The position numbers and the translations under genes were made by a program. Shown here in pieces: positions 11,876-24,657 of a DNA stretch of 64,000 nucleotides. Numbering within the stretch: the first letter of the stretch is position 1; every line of letters begins with the position of its first letter. Origin of the DNA: Felis catus (Eukaryota); the NCBI RefSeq assembly GCF_018350175.1, contig NC_058368.1, forward strand, positions 200,820,001 to 200,884,000. The letters are read 5' to 3'. Under the pieces are notes generated by a model. The model was not told the DNA's origin, made no database searches, and saw only the letters and a program-made list of their open reading frames with translations.

Positions 11876-12062
11876 GGGGCACCTGGGTGGCTCAGTCAAT
11901 TGAGCCTCTGACTTCGGCTCAGGTCATGATCTCACAGGTCATGAGTTTGAGCCCCACATTGGGCTCACTACTATCAGCACAGAGCCCTCTTTGGATCCTC
12001 TGTCACTCTCTCTCTCTCTGACTCTCCCCTGCTCATGCTCTCTCAAAAGTAAATAAACATTA
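11876..12062 (+). mobile_element. Can-SINE
   Basis: TSD aaaaaaacacccatga at 11860-11875 and 12063-12078. Confidence 0.95.
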
Positions 12063-13378
12063 AAAAAAACACCCATGAAATAATAAAAAAAAAAGCATGA
12101 GCATATTAATTTAGCATGTCTGGATTTAGAATAAATATTTACTTAGTCTATAATCATTAACAAGCCAGACATCGTGTGCTCTGGCAGATACCAACACATT
12201 AGAACCCATCCCCATATATGTTTTTATTCTTTAATCATTTTCAGAATTATGAGGGTTAAGAATCTATAGCCTAAGTCTAGAGCTTAAGAAGACAAATCTT
12301 AGGTAAAGCAAGGATCCTTGGAATGCATAAAGAAGGATGGAGGAAAGAATGTCTGGACTTTCAACATGCTTTTGAGCACTCTGTAGGAAGTAACGGGGGC
12401 ACAGAGTCCTAATAGGCAAAGTTAAAACCATGAGTTTGATGAAATGGGCTTCAGAAATGAAGACTACCGATGATTGGGTCTTACTCTCCCACTCCATCTC
12501 AAACACTCAAGTTATCTGCATTCTAGGAACCTGGGGAGAAATGGGAATCAAGACAAGCAGGAAGAAACAGGTCAGATAAAATTAGAAAGACACTGGTCAT
12601 TTTTACAGGGAACCATACAGAAAAAAAGGGGGGGGAGTGAATATCCATCCTAATAGTATTAACTAAAATAAAACCAACACGTCCGTAGGGTCTTGTTGAA
12701 GCATGGAATTGAAGATCCTAAAGAGGAAACAGAGATGAAGATAGCACTGCACTGCTTAGTCCTAATATCAGATTTGCAAATATACTGGTCGCATGCTTGA
12801 AGTGTGACTTTATATATGTGAACATAAAAAATATGGCTTAAATTTTCTTCCTCCTCTACTTCCATAGCTCTATTTTTCTCATGATGTCATAAGTTTTTAA
12901 CCACAACTTGTTTTACTACTAAGTGTACGTGGGAGACTGATGAAGGAAAGGGATGACAGGACCCAGGTGGGTAACAATAAACGATGTTTTCACTGTAATC
13001 TAAACGTAAGTGTACCCAATTATGCCAGGCTCTGTAGTGTTTGTATACAGTTGTTAGGAAAAGTAAGAAAAGGAAGGTGCATGGAATTTGCATGTTTTCT
13101 TTTACGTGAGATCCTTAAATGTATAACGTTTACAGTGAATTTTAGCTTTTCATGTCATCTCCAAGGCACTATCTGCAAGAGTCTTCCAAGAGACTGCATA
13201 CGTTACTTGGTTATGTCTTTATAGTTCCACATTCTGTGGTGGTTATTTTAGGTCTCTGTTTTGTTTTGTTTTTTGCTTTTCTGTGCAGTTGCTTCATTTA
13301 ATCTTGGGGGTGCAACCCTCACTCTGTATGGTCTGTTACTGGTTGGTCTTTGCAAAATTTTTCCATCAGATTTGCTAC

Positions 13379-13790
13379 TGTAACTCAGGACAGGCTGACT
13401 GTTATGATAAATAACCCAAATCTCACACTTAAATGAAGCTAGATTTCTCACTCCTGTCACAGTCAGTGCAGGTTAGTGGGAGAGGGGCAGGGAGTTCATT
13501 TTTCACATCAGGAAGTCCTGCAGAAACTCATGTCTTGCCATCTGGTGCCTCTGCCGTCTCCTGCACTGTCAAGGCTGTTCTCTGAATCTTCTGCATCAGG
13601 AAGAACTTGAGAACAAGGAGAATTGATTTTAACCATCTCAGGCAGGAAGTGATACAAATCATTGCCCTCCTAACCCATTCATGAGAACTAGTCACTTGGC
13701 TCCTCTTGGATGCCAGGGAGTCTGGGAAATGTAGTCTGGCCCCAGGCCCAGAGAAGTGGTCGATGCAGAATCTGCTGAAGTGATCACCCT
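13379..13790 (-). mobile_element. MaLR solo LTR (MLT1I/J-like)
   Basis: caaatctcacacttaaa...ggaagtgatacaaatcattgccc...agaactagtcacttggctcc...gggagtctgggaaatgtagtct are MLT1 hallmark blocks. Confidence 0.65.
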
Positions 13791-15419
13791 GATGTTTTAT
13801 TTTTTCTGTGGCCTTTGAATATTCCTTAATAGATGCATCATATATTGCGAAACTGTCCAACTTATGTGCCTTTGGGAAACTATAAATAAGTACAATTGCT
13901 GAAGTGTATTAAAGCTTTAATCTTCATATTCTATATAGATTCTCATGATACTCCTCTAGCCATAATCATTAAGATTAAGATTCCATTCAAGTTGTAATGT
14001 TTTCCCCCAAATCCATGGGGTTTTGTTTTTGTTTTTGTTTTCATTTTTTTTTTTGCTACAAGCAATCTTATCCAGAGACTTACTTTTTCAGTAACAATTT
14101 CATCCCTCAAATTTTGTATATGTATTACATGATGTTTTATTCTTTTTTGAAAAAGAGCATGAATCACAAAATTACTATATTTGGCTTTTGGTAGAGATAA
14201 TGTCCTTGGGACTCTTAATTATATCTTTAAAAAGAGTCAAGATGTTCTCCTTAATCTCGTTTGTCTTTTCATAAGGAAAACAAAATCACTTTGAAATTGG
14301 AAAGTGATTTCTTTTTTTCCCTATGCTGATGATAACATCCAAAGATCAAAAAAGAGGAGAAGGCTTTTCTGCATTTCCTAATATGAGTTACTTTTAACCT
14401 AATGTAGCTCTTGCACATTTAGACCTAGAATGTGGGCTATAACCTCATGACACAAAAGGCCAAATTAAACTAGAGGAAAGAATGAATACCTAAGAGGAGT
14501 ATGTGGGTCCAGATAAGAGGAGAAAGTAGGAGATCATGTTAAACAGAAATCAGAATAGGTAGACAGAAATGTGTGCTCTGTAATGATGTTGTGAAAATCT
14601 CAGGAGGTTTCCTGGAAAAAAAAAAAAGGAAGTGATTTTTATAAGATTTTTGATTACATGATAAAGATCAAAATGACAAACCTAATCAATTTTATTTAGT
14701 TTTTAAAACAGTCATATATCAAAAGATTATTTTGAGTAAACCATAGATTGACCGAGAAGGGTAAAGAAAAGTAACAACATAGTGTGTGTGGAAAATAAAA
14801 CGTGAGGGAAACAAATACAAAACCAAGTTTTCATGAGTGAATCCACAAATGTAGCCATGGGATACCAAACTAACGGCTGTCAGTGTTAAGTTCATACTAA
14901 ATGTGATATTTTCCAAATGTAGGAAATTTAGTTATTTAATTAGGAATGACAGCTAGAGACTGAACTAATTAAGCAGCAACTCAGTACGCAATTTACTTCA
15001 TTAAAGGTTTGCAGTTTTATATCTGCAACAAAATTATTCAGTACCTATTTTAAATAATAAAGGATGAAAATCAAGTCTAATTGGCATTTTAATAGAAAGC
15101 ATATCAATTAAAATTATCTACAAAGAAAGACTCCTCCTAAAACAATTACTGTTTGAAGTCGAACAGATCTATTTGTTGTCAACCTGAAAGAGCAAAATGG
15201 AACTGAGTTTGATAGCAACATAAGGTGTGGGAAATTCAACATAGGCACTCAATCTTTATCAGCTAATTACATAGCACATTTGTATTAATTAACTGGTAGT
15301 GTTATCAATGTTATGACTAATTTATTTCATTAATTTTATAAGCTAGTGCTTTTGCCATGTACCGTGTTATTCCCCAACCCTTTTCTGTTGGCTCATTCCA
15401 TGAAATGAGAAAATGCATT

Positions 15420-15635
15420 ATATATGGAATTAAATAATCTAGTTCAAAATCATGGTCCTCCTTATTAGTTGTGTGACTTTAAGAACTTGTTCATCTGATC
15501 CTCAGTTGTGCTGATACGAAAAGCGAGGCTATTAATAGTTTTTATAGTTTTATGAAAATTCAAAGGGATACTGTATTTGGAACCTTTTACATAGCATTCG
15601 ACCCACAGTAAGTTATGTGTAAAGGTAAGCTATTG
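15420..15635 (+). mobile_element. MIR SINE
   Basis: cttattagttgtgtgactttaagaacttgttcatctgatcctcagtt MIR core; tail ...cacagtaag...taaaggtaagctatt. Confidence 0.65.
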
Positions 15636-15853
15636 CAGCTTTTTTCTTTTTATTGTTATTATTACTACTATTATTGCTCTGTTCTTAGGTCCCTCTAGAT
15701 GTTTGAAAGTATAAAGTTAGTATTCGAGTTAGTTAGTGTGCAACAAAGCCAGACTGTGAATGCAAAATAAAAACGAAAATGCTAAAGTAACAGTAGTTGT
15801 AAGCTAGAGCTGAAGTATTAGTTTCTGATCCCACCTTTCTGATTGATGTCTTC

Positions 15854-16068
15854 TTTTTTTAAGATGTATTTATTTATTTTGAGAGAGAGAGAGAGAGCAC
15901 AAGCGATGAGCATGAGCAGGGGAGGGGCACAGAGAGAGGGAGAGAGAATCCCAAGCAGGCTCTGCGCATGGAGTCTGATGCGAAGCATGATCTCATGAGC
16001 CATGAGATTGGGACCTGAGCCAAAAACAAGCATCAAATGCTTAACCAACCGAGCTACCCAGGTGTCCC
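15854..16068 (-). mobile_element. Can-SINE, older copy
   Basis: Reverse tail, GA tract and head ...gctacccaggtgtccc; partial TSD tctgattg. Confidence 0.92.
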
Positions 16069-16871
16069 TCTGATTGCTTTCATAATAGAACAAAACTCAG
16101 TTTCAATGTGTGGGCTCTCACGGCATGTATAAAAGATGCATTACAGAATCTTTCCTATCTTTAAGTAAAACATCTTTGCTACACCCAAGATATTGTCTTA
16201 CCTCCACTGTTTTCTATTTCCCATGCCTTGAGTTGCCAAGACCCTGGTGAAAATTCACCTTTTATGATGAGTCTTGCTAAATTTCAATCATATCATTAAC
16301 AGTTAGTGATCAGTTTTCATATTATTTATTTCCCTGGCTTGTGAATTTTTCTTTTCTTACTTTTTCATTTTGGCATAATTTGACAACAATTTAAAGGATG
16401 CTGTATTGCTGTGTAATCCAGTGTTGTATACACAGTGGTTCCTCCCCATATGTCATAGACTGACAACCAGCTTCATGGTTTAAGTTGAAAGATTCGTCTA
16501 CAGACTTACTATAATATTGAAATCCAACTTTAGAGCTTCTATTACCAGATAATTCCGGGAGACTCTTGTCATATTTGCAGCAGAGAGAGGAAGACATCAA
16601 TTTCTCATTACCTACTTGTATCTTTGCTGCAATTAGTTTAGAAGAAACTTTTAAAATGATATCTGGAGTTAAGAATCGTGTCATAGAGAATTGGTTGTAC
16701 ATACTTCTTGTGATGGCAATATACAGAAATGATAAATTCAAAATAGTAACTAGGGGTGGAGGTAGAATCAAAAAGCTAAGTTAGGTCACCTCATACTGTA
16801 AAGGAGAAATCATTTTCATCAGGCTATGGGATCATGTTTTAGCAATCATTGAGATTGTACCCTGTACACTC

Positions 16872-17104
16872 TTTTGTTGTTGCTGTTGTTTATTTATTTA
16901 TTTTGAGAGAGAGAGAGACAGACAGAGAGAGAATGATGGTGAGTGGAGGAATGGCAGCGAGAGAGGGAGAGAGAATCCCATGCAGGCTCCGGGCTGTCGG
17001 GCAGAGCCCGACACGGGGCTGAAACTCACAACCCGTGAGATTGCGACCTGCTGAGCCCAAACTGAGAGTGGATGCTCAACCACTTGGGCCACCCAGGCAC
17101 CCCC
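16872..17104 (-). mobile_element. Can-SINE
   Basis: Reverse head ...gccacccaggcacccc, GA tract, tttatttattt tail; no clear TSD. Confidence 0.92.
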
Positions 17105-17394
17105 GTGTATTGTTAAATGTATCTTCCATTTTGATTATTTGGGAGCTCCTTGATAGAGAAAATATTTATTTATTTGTTAATTCTTCAAAGAGCTATTGAA
17201 TGCATACCACATACCAGTTACAGTCTTTCAGCCTCCAACAAAGAGTTCAGTGCAGTCTCTCAGGAGGTGTAGGGACAGGCATTTCCTGAAATATGTTTCA
17301 GTCAATGGAGGAAGCAAGGAATCTGGGGGGGGGGGGAGTATCAAACATGGAGGTCTCTGTTTTAACTAAATCCACACAAGATATTTGTACCTTT

Positions 17395-17626
17395 GGGGAG
17401 GTGCCTGGGTGGCTCAGTCGGTGGAGCGTCCCACTTCGGCTCAGGTCACTATCTTGCAGTCCATGAGTTGGAGCCCCGTGTCGGGCTCTGGGCTGACAGC
17501 TCAGAGCCTGGACCCTGCTGCAGATTCTGTGTCTCTCTCTCTCTCTCTCTCTGCCCCCTCCCCCGCTCATGCTCTGTCTCTCTCACTCTCAAAAATGAAT
17601 AAATGTTAAAAAAAATAAATTAAAAA
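17395..17626 (+). mobile_element. Can-SINE
   Basis: Perfect 17-bp TSD aagatatttgtaccttt (17378-17394, 17627-17643). Confidence 0.96.
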
Positions 17627-17667
17627 AAGATATTTGTACCTTTACTTTACTATCTATAAAAATAGAT

Positions 17668-17885
17668 GGGGCGCCTGGGTGGCTCAGTCGGTTGAGCGTC
17701 CGACTTCAGCCAGGTCACAATCTCGCAGTCTGCGAGTTCGAGCCCCGCGTCGGGCTCTGGGCTGATGGCTCAGAGCCTGGAGCCTGCTTCCGATTCTGTG
17801 TCTCCCTCTCTCTCTGCCCCTCCCCCGTTCATGCTGTGTCTCTCTCTGTCTCAAAAATAAATAAACGTTAAAAAAAATTAAAAAA
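17668..17885 (+). mobile_element. Can-SINE, young-type body
   Basis: CpG-rich, cgacttcagccaggtcac variant; short TSD aaaaataga. Confidence 0.96.
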
Positions 17886-18134
17886 AAAATAGAAATAAAG
17901 CCTACCTCACACAATAAATCTAAATACGATTATTAGTGATAATGGTTCGAGTAAGTACTTTGTGAATCCATACCAAAGAAGCTGAGAGTTCAGGAAGTAC
18001 TAGAAAGCAATGTGTGCAGCATTCAGTAGATACCAATTCCACCAAAAGGCTCATTCTCCTCCATAAACCTCAGCGGATAGTAGGAAATTTTTCCTCATCT
18101 ACAGCCACCATTTTTATCACCTGGAATTGGAGAC

Positions 18135-18499
18135 TGTATTAGTTTGTTAAGGCTGTCATAACAAATACCACAGGTTGAGAGAGAACATATTTTCTCACGA
18201 ATCTGGAGACTAGAAATCGGAAAACGAGGTGTTGGCAGGGTTGATTTTTTCTGAGGCCTCTCTCCTTGGCTTGTGGATAGCTATCTTCTGCCTCTATCTT
18301 CAAATCATCTTCCTTCCGTGTGTGTCCTCATCTCTTCTTATAAGGATACAATCATATTGGATTAGGGCCCACCTATATGACCCCATTTTAACTTAACCAC
18401 CTCTTTAAAGGCCCTATCTCCAAATACAGTCACATTCTGAGGTCCTGGGGTTAGGGCTTCACCATATGAATTTGGAAGGATACAATTCAGGCCACAATA
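18135..18499 (-). mobile_element. MaLR solo LTR (MLT1B-like)
   Basis: tgtattagtttgttaaggctgtcataacaaataccaca...ggattagggcccacc...ccaaatacagtcacattctgagg...caattcaggccacaata. Confidence 0.88.
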
Positions 18500-19464
18500 G
18501 GAAGAAAAATCATTGGATTTTTCTCTTATATATTTTTCAAATGTCTGAATGAAACATTTCTCTTGTCTCAAATCTTTTTACCTTTGTCTGCAGTATAAAA
18601 TAATAAAGCACTAAAAACCAACCTTTAAAAAAATCTATATGTCATGCCCCTCTTCCTCAGTCATTGGGGGTGATTATTAGGTAATGTGGTAAGAGAGGTG
18701 ACATATTACCCAGAGTTAGAAAGAGAGTTATTCCTTTCCTCATCTGGAGCAACCTAATTCTGTCAACGGAGCCATATACATTGGCAAAATATGAGAGTGC
18801 ATGTGAATCAAATAAGAAAATCAATGCAATTTTTTTTTTATCCTGAGTATGGCTTCGACTATTAATGTTTCAGAAATATATTATTTGCCTTTTCATCAAT
18901 TCACACTTGTCTTTGTCCCTGAATAATTTATACATATAAAAGGATAAGAGTGTAGCTATTTTCCTAAAGCTGTGTTGTCCAAGTGTGTACCACAGGTACA
19001 AAATGTTTCCTTTTTTCTCCTCCTGTTGTTTCAACGCTACTTAATGACTAAAAACTGAATACCAAGGACAATCATGAGCACTTAAGGCCCAATTCATAAA
19101 AAAATGATGCAAGCCATTTATGCACAAATGTTGCTACTTTCATATGGAAACAAGGTACATAAAGAATTCTCTTTTGTGATTCATAAACCCTCTTTAAGGT
19201 AATTTTGTTGCTCAGTTTTGTACCTCAGGAGAGCAAAACTCCAGAAGAGAGAAGTAGGAAAGAAAAGAAAATCTACAGATACACTTATGGTCCTATTTGC
19301 ATAAAAAACCACAGCAAGCCTTTTATGCAATATTAATTAAACATATATTAGACAGTGGTGTGTGAATTGTATAGTCATTACCCACTTTAGTCAAGAATAT
19401 AAAATATCCTTGAATATAGCCAAGAATATAAAATAGAAAACATTTTAAAACATACACAAATACC

Positions 19465-19498
19465 TCTCTCTCTCTCTCTCTATCTCTCTTTCTTTCTC
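19465..19498. repeat. (CT)n microsatellite
   Basis: ctctctctctctctctatctctctttctttctc. Confidence 0.85.
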
Positions 19499-20049
19499 AT
19501 TCACACAGGCCCAGAACCTTTATCATTCTGGGTCAATTTGCCTACATACATCCCAAGAGGATAAAGTGGCGGTATAAATACTCAGAGTCCATGTCCAGTC
19601 TTTTCATTGTCTGCCCTGGAAAGTTAGAAGCAGAAAAAATTCCCCACAATTTGCTTAGAATATGTCTAAGTACAAAGGTTATTGAGTCTTTTGTTTGCTT
19701 TCTGTGCATTTTAACACTTTAGACGCGTTCAAGGAGATTAGAAACTGAAGTGATCTAACAGAAAGGATTTTCCACGTCGGACGTGAATACATTATTACCA
19801 CCATGACTAGATTCAATATTATTAGTCAAGGGCCTGAAAAACAAGGTCAACATAATTCTAATCTCTTCCAATTTGAAATAAATGAGAACTTTTTGTGAGT
19901 CCATTCATTGTGGCCAGTGACGCCATTTACTGACATTTCGACTCAACATTCTTCACGGCTCTAGAATCACAAAATACACACCATGTCCTGTGGCAATTGT
20001 ATAAATAAAATTATGAGGAAAACTTGAAAACCATAGAGGAAATACATAC

Positions 20050-20457
20050 TCCCAGATCCGTTCTCTGCCTGCTACACTCTTGTGCCCATGGAGGCGAACC
20101 TTGATGGTTAGCTTCCAGTTAGGTTCAGCCAATGGGAAATACTGGTAAACAAGGAGGCACCAGAGGAAAAGGGGGATGGGATCTTTCTTCCCTACTTCCT
20201 CCCTGCTTCAGTACTGTGACTCTAGCTCTGGTCACTCAGTGAGAACAACTTGTGTTGGATGGTACTCCTTAATGGCTTCACTCTCACTGGGCTCTGGGAA
20301 TCCCCCTTGTCTCCTTAGCCCTAGAGAGAGGTGAGCTTCTTTCTTCTGCCGACCTGGGAGTGCCTCCTTGTTGGCACATTTGTAGGTGCTCCTTTCTTAA
20401 ATTTTTTTTTATGGGAGTAAATTCTGGAATTCTGTTTCGTGGGAATTTAACTGATAG
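20050..20457 (+). mobile_element. ERVL solo LTR (LTR16-like)
   Basis: gcttccagttaggttcagccaatggga...ctctcactgggctctgg...tctgtttc...ctgata resembles LTR16-family blocks. Confidence 0.6.
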
Positions 20458-20869
20458 ACACCCAGGATGTTGTATTTCTAATTGATTTCTGTTTCTGTAT
20501 GACTAGTATATGATTGGTGTGTGCCATCGCCCTATTATTTTAATTTCATATGGCTTATCCTATCAGTTTCAGCTTGAACCTGTCAGAGGCTCTCATTCTG
20601 TAGCACTTCAGTCACAATGACATAGTACTTAAGTTAGAGTCCATCCATCTCTGAGGAAGCAATGAATAGAATTTGATTATGATGTTATGTAATATACTGT
20701 ACTTGATGATGGACTGACCATCAATTTATTCAGTTAACAAAATCTTATTGATTGACTAATTTGTAAAGCATTTTTTGGGAGAGTGGGTGAATAAGATACT
20801 TAGAGATCTACTATCAGTACTATTATTAATAATAGTAATGATAACGTCAACCACCACTATGGTAAGAAC

Positions 20870-21110
20870 CAGAATGAACACTAAAGAATGTTTTCTTTGT
20901 GCTGGGCACTTTGCTTTTATCTTGTTAAACACAGCATATCCATACAAGGTAAGTAGTACAGTATTATTTTCACCCCTTTACAATGAAGTAATTAGAACTG
21001 AAGGAAGTTATAAAAGTTTCCCAAGGTCACTTAGCAGGTAACGAGTAAAATTGGTACTTGTTCCCACAATAGTTTTGATTCTAAAATCAAGCTCTTAACC
21101 ACCATACCAT
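20870..21110 (-). mobile_element. MIR SINE
   Basis: tgtgctgggcactttgc...cccctttacaatgaagtaattag...cccaaggtcacttagcaggtaa...gctcttaaccac. Confidence 0.7.
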
Positions 21111-21123
21111 TATGGCTCTACTT

Positions 21124-21154
21124 AAAACAAAAACAAAAACAAAAACAAAAAAAA
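21124..21154. repeat. (AAAAAC)n microsatellite
   Basis: aaaacaaaaacaaaaacaaaaacaaaaaaaa. Confidence 0.9.
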
Positions 21155-22731
21155 CCCCTTAATCATTTTTGAGAAATTCTTTGAATGTTATGTATCTTAT
21201 TTTCAATGAGGGTTTTTTCCTTACTAACTTCTAAGAGTCATATATTTTAAGGCTAGTAAGCCATTGCTATATCTATGGTAAATGTCAATTCCAGGTTTTT
21301 TTTTGGTAATTATATTATGAATTTTTTTCCATATGGTTATTTCCTTCTTTTGTGCCAGAAAATTTTTTACCTATTCAAAAATTCCTTAAATATTAACCTG
21401 TATTTCTATAGTTTGTATTTTTTCATTCGATTATTTTATTTCTGTGCAAATGATTTGCCTGTGTAGTAAAAGTAGATATTTAACTAGATTTTTTTCCAAA
21501 TTGTCAAAATTTCTAAACTCGCAATTAAATAACCATTCAGTTTCTTTTATAAAAGGCCATTTTACTCTAAAGTGAATGTGTTATCCCCTGAAGACACTGT
21601 TCTCCTGAAGTGTGTTAAGTGATGAATGTTTTCTTCTCAAACATCTCAGGTGGTATACATATCCTTGATCCTTATTACTGCTTTCAGACATTCTCTTCTC
21701 CCCATAAAGTCTTCCAACCTGAATCTTATGTCATCAGTCTACTTCACCCATAATCCTTTCTTTTGCAAACACAGAATTCTGATTTTCCAGAATTAACTGC
21801 TTGAAGGTTTAACACTGGCCTCGCTGTCGTTCTCTCCAGTACTACTCCTGTCATAATTCTTGCTGATTCTAGTAACCATATCATCTAACACTATAGCCCT
21901 CAGTTCCCTAATCTCTACTTGGCCGTCAATTTTGCGCTCAATCCTGCTTCAGCTACCTATTCCCATGAAGTTTTCTAAAACTAATTGCCAATAATTGCAA
22001 TTCCTGTATAATCTCAATTTTAAGGATCCTACTGTGCCATTATCAGCAACTATCTTGATAGCTCCTATCTTTAATTATTCTGCCTCCAAAAGCACTTTGA
22101 CTCTAACAAAACCTACAGTCCATGGAACCCACTGCCCCACACCTCTCCCATGTCTCAACTCCATTCTAATGCAGTTCAAATAGCAAGGTTAATCTTTAAA
22201 ATTATTTCCTTGCGCTCACCCTCAATTCTTGTCTGTTTTTTCCTTTTGTCCTTCCACTCAGCTAACCCACAGTTTTGCACCTGTTCCATTCACACTTGAA
22301 TTCTCACACTCGAATATGGCTGGAGATAAAAAACACACAAACATGCTATTGGTTAGCTTAAACTCATGGTAACGAACCTGAAAGTAGCCATCATGCTGTG
22401 TGGAAATCAATCAATATCTCCCAGTCCTTGCATGCTCTCATGTGCCTAGCCGATAATTTCTACCTGATCTTCCTTCTTTAAATCTCCAAAAACTTCTCCT
22501 CCATTCTCCTGCTCAGCTCTTTACCTTGCTTCTCATTTAACAAATGGAATTAATTAGAAGTTAATTTTTACCTGCTTCCATTACTATTTATCTGCTCACT
22601 TGTGTCTGTGCCTTCTTTTCTATTATCAAGGATGAATTTTCCATGAGCCTAGCAAAAGCCAAGCCTACCATTAAATCTTATCCTTTCTTGCTTCTTAAGG
22701 ACCTTGCTCTAGAAATTTTCCCCTCTTTCTT

Positions 22732-22957
22732 TTTTTTTTTTTAATTTTTTTTTTCAACGTTTATTTATTTTTGGGACAGAGAGAGACAGAGCATGAACAG
22801 GGGAGGGGCAGAGAGAGAGGGAGACACAGAATGGGAAACAGGCTCCAGGCTCTGAGCCATCAGCCCAGAGCCTGACGCGGGGCTCAAACTCACGGACCGC
22901 GAGATCGTGACCTGGCTGAAGTCGGACGCTTAACCGACTGCGCCACCCAGGCGCCCC
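22732..22957 (-). mobile_element. Can-SINE, young subfamily
   Basis: Perfect 13-bp TSD tcccctctttctt (22719-22731, 22958-22970); CpGs largely intact. Confidence 0.97.
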
Positions 22958-23117
22958 TCCCCTCTTTCTTGCATAATCATTTTCCTCTTTGTACTGAAAA
23001 TTCTCACTCACACCTACAAAGTTGCTGTTGTTTATCTCATAATAAAAACAAAAACTAAAAGGTATCTTCTCATGACTATTTTTTTCTCTCGTTACAGCCT
23101 ATTCTTGCCTTTCCTCT

Positions 23118-23618
23118 ATTTATTTATTTTTTAAATATAACTTATGGTCAAGTTAGCTAACATACATTGCATACAGTGTGCTCTTGGCTTTAAGAGTATA
23201 TTCCCAGGATTCATCACTTACATACAACATCCAGTGCTCATCCCAACAAGTGCCCTTCTCAATGTCCATCACCCATTTTTCCCTCTCCCTCGTTCCCCCA
23301 TCAACCCTCAATTGTTCTCTGTATTTAAGAGTTTCTTACGGTTTGCCTCCCTCTCTGTTTGAAACTATTTTTTCCCTTCCCTTCCCCTGTAGCCTTCTGT
23401 TAAGCTTCTCAAATTCCACATATGAGTGAAAACATAGGATATCTCTCTCTGACTGACTTGTTTCACTTAGCATAATAACCTCCAGTTCCATCCACATTGT
23501 TGCAAATGGCAAGATTTTGTTCTTTCTCATTGGCAAGTAGTATTCCATTGTATATATAAAGCACATCTTCTTTATCCATTCATCAGTTGATGGACCTTTG
23601 GGTTCTTTACATAATTTG
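23118..23618 (-). mobile_element. 5'-truncated carnivore/felid LINE-1 (ORF2 C-terminus + 3'UTR + A tail)
   Basis: Minus-strand translation IYTMEYYLPMRKNKILPFATMWMELEVIMLSETSQSERD is the L1 ORF2p C-terminal motif; TSD tcttgcctttcctct (23103-23117) / tcttgccttttcttt (23619-23633). Confidence 0.93.
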
Positions 23619-24112
23619 TCTTGCCTTTTCTTTCAAACAAAATTTCTTTAAAAAAACATCTATATTCATTCTTTTCAACTTATCTACCCCTATTCTTTTT
23701 TGAGCCTTCTCCACTCATACTTTTCCCCCACCACAGTATTCCAACAGCTTTTATCAATAACACTAATGATTGCTGCATTGCTAAAACCATGGAGATTTTT
23801 CTGTCCTTCCCTTCCTTGAATATCAAAGCACTTAATTCAGCAGACCACTCAGGGTGCTTCACACTCCTAGACATTCTCTTTTATGCCTTCATGTGCTCCT
23901 TTGCCGTTTCTTTCTCAACTTTTAGTCCTCTAAATATTAAGAGACCCTCAGATCTCAGTCTATTGATGCATTTTTTCTTTCTCTAAATTTAGCCTTAAAT
24001 GCCATCTCTGCACTGATATATTACAAATAAAATTTTGGGTCTGGGTATTTCTCTTAGACCCCAAGTCTGGATAGTTGTATCCCTAACTGCCTTCAAGACA
24101 TCTCTATGTACA

Positions 24113-24338
24113 GGGGCGCCTGGGTGGCGCAGTTGGTTAAGCGTCCGACTTCAGCCAGGTCACGATCTCGCGGTCCATGAGTTCGAGCCCCGCGTCAGGC
24201 TCTGGGCTGATGGTCTTGGAGCCTGGAGCCTGTTTCCGATTCTGTGTCTCCCTCTCTCTCTGCCCCTCCCCCGTTCATGCTCTGTCTCTCTCTGTCCCCA
24301 AAATAAATTAAAAAAACGCTGAAAAAAAATTAAAAAAA
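24113..24338 (+). mobile_element. Can-SINE, young subfamily
   Basis: Perfect 18-bp TSD aagacatctctatgtaca (24095-24112, 24339-24356). Confidence 0.97.
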
Positions 24339-24439
24339 AAGACATCTCTATGTACATATCCAGTAATAACTCAAATACAGAATTTACATTCTTATCATTC
24401 CCCAATATAATTCCTCCAGAGGCTTCCCTGGTTGCTATT

Positions 24440-24657
24440 GTGTACTAGTCCCTGACCAAAGTATTTTGGAAGTATTGACCAATTCAAATCTCATAACAAC
24501 TCTATGATATAAGTATGATTATGCCCCAGTTTTACAGATGAAGAAACTGAGGCATTAAGAAATAAATAATTTGCCCAAGGCCATACTAGTGATTGAGCTA
24601 GAAATACAAATGCTGATAGTCTGCAGCTTAACCACTGGATGGTGAGCTTAACCACTG
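24440..24657 (-). mobile_element. MIR SINE inside L2
   Basis: ccccagttttacagatgaagaaactgaggca...aatttgcccaaggccatac MIR core. Confidence 0.8.

Noticed and set aside
16391..16784. Overlapping 126-aa (-) and 72-aa (+) ORFs
   Set aside because: Non-ATG starts, no recognisable domain, no convincing splice boundaries; consistent with chance.
23336..23566. 76-aa ORF with protein-like sequence
   Set aside because: It is the C-terminal relic of L1 ORF2p in a 5'-truncated copy, not a host gene.
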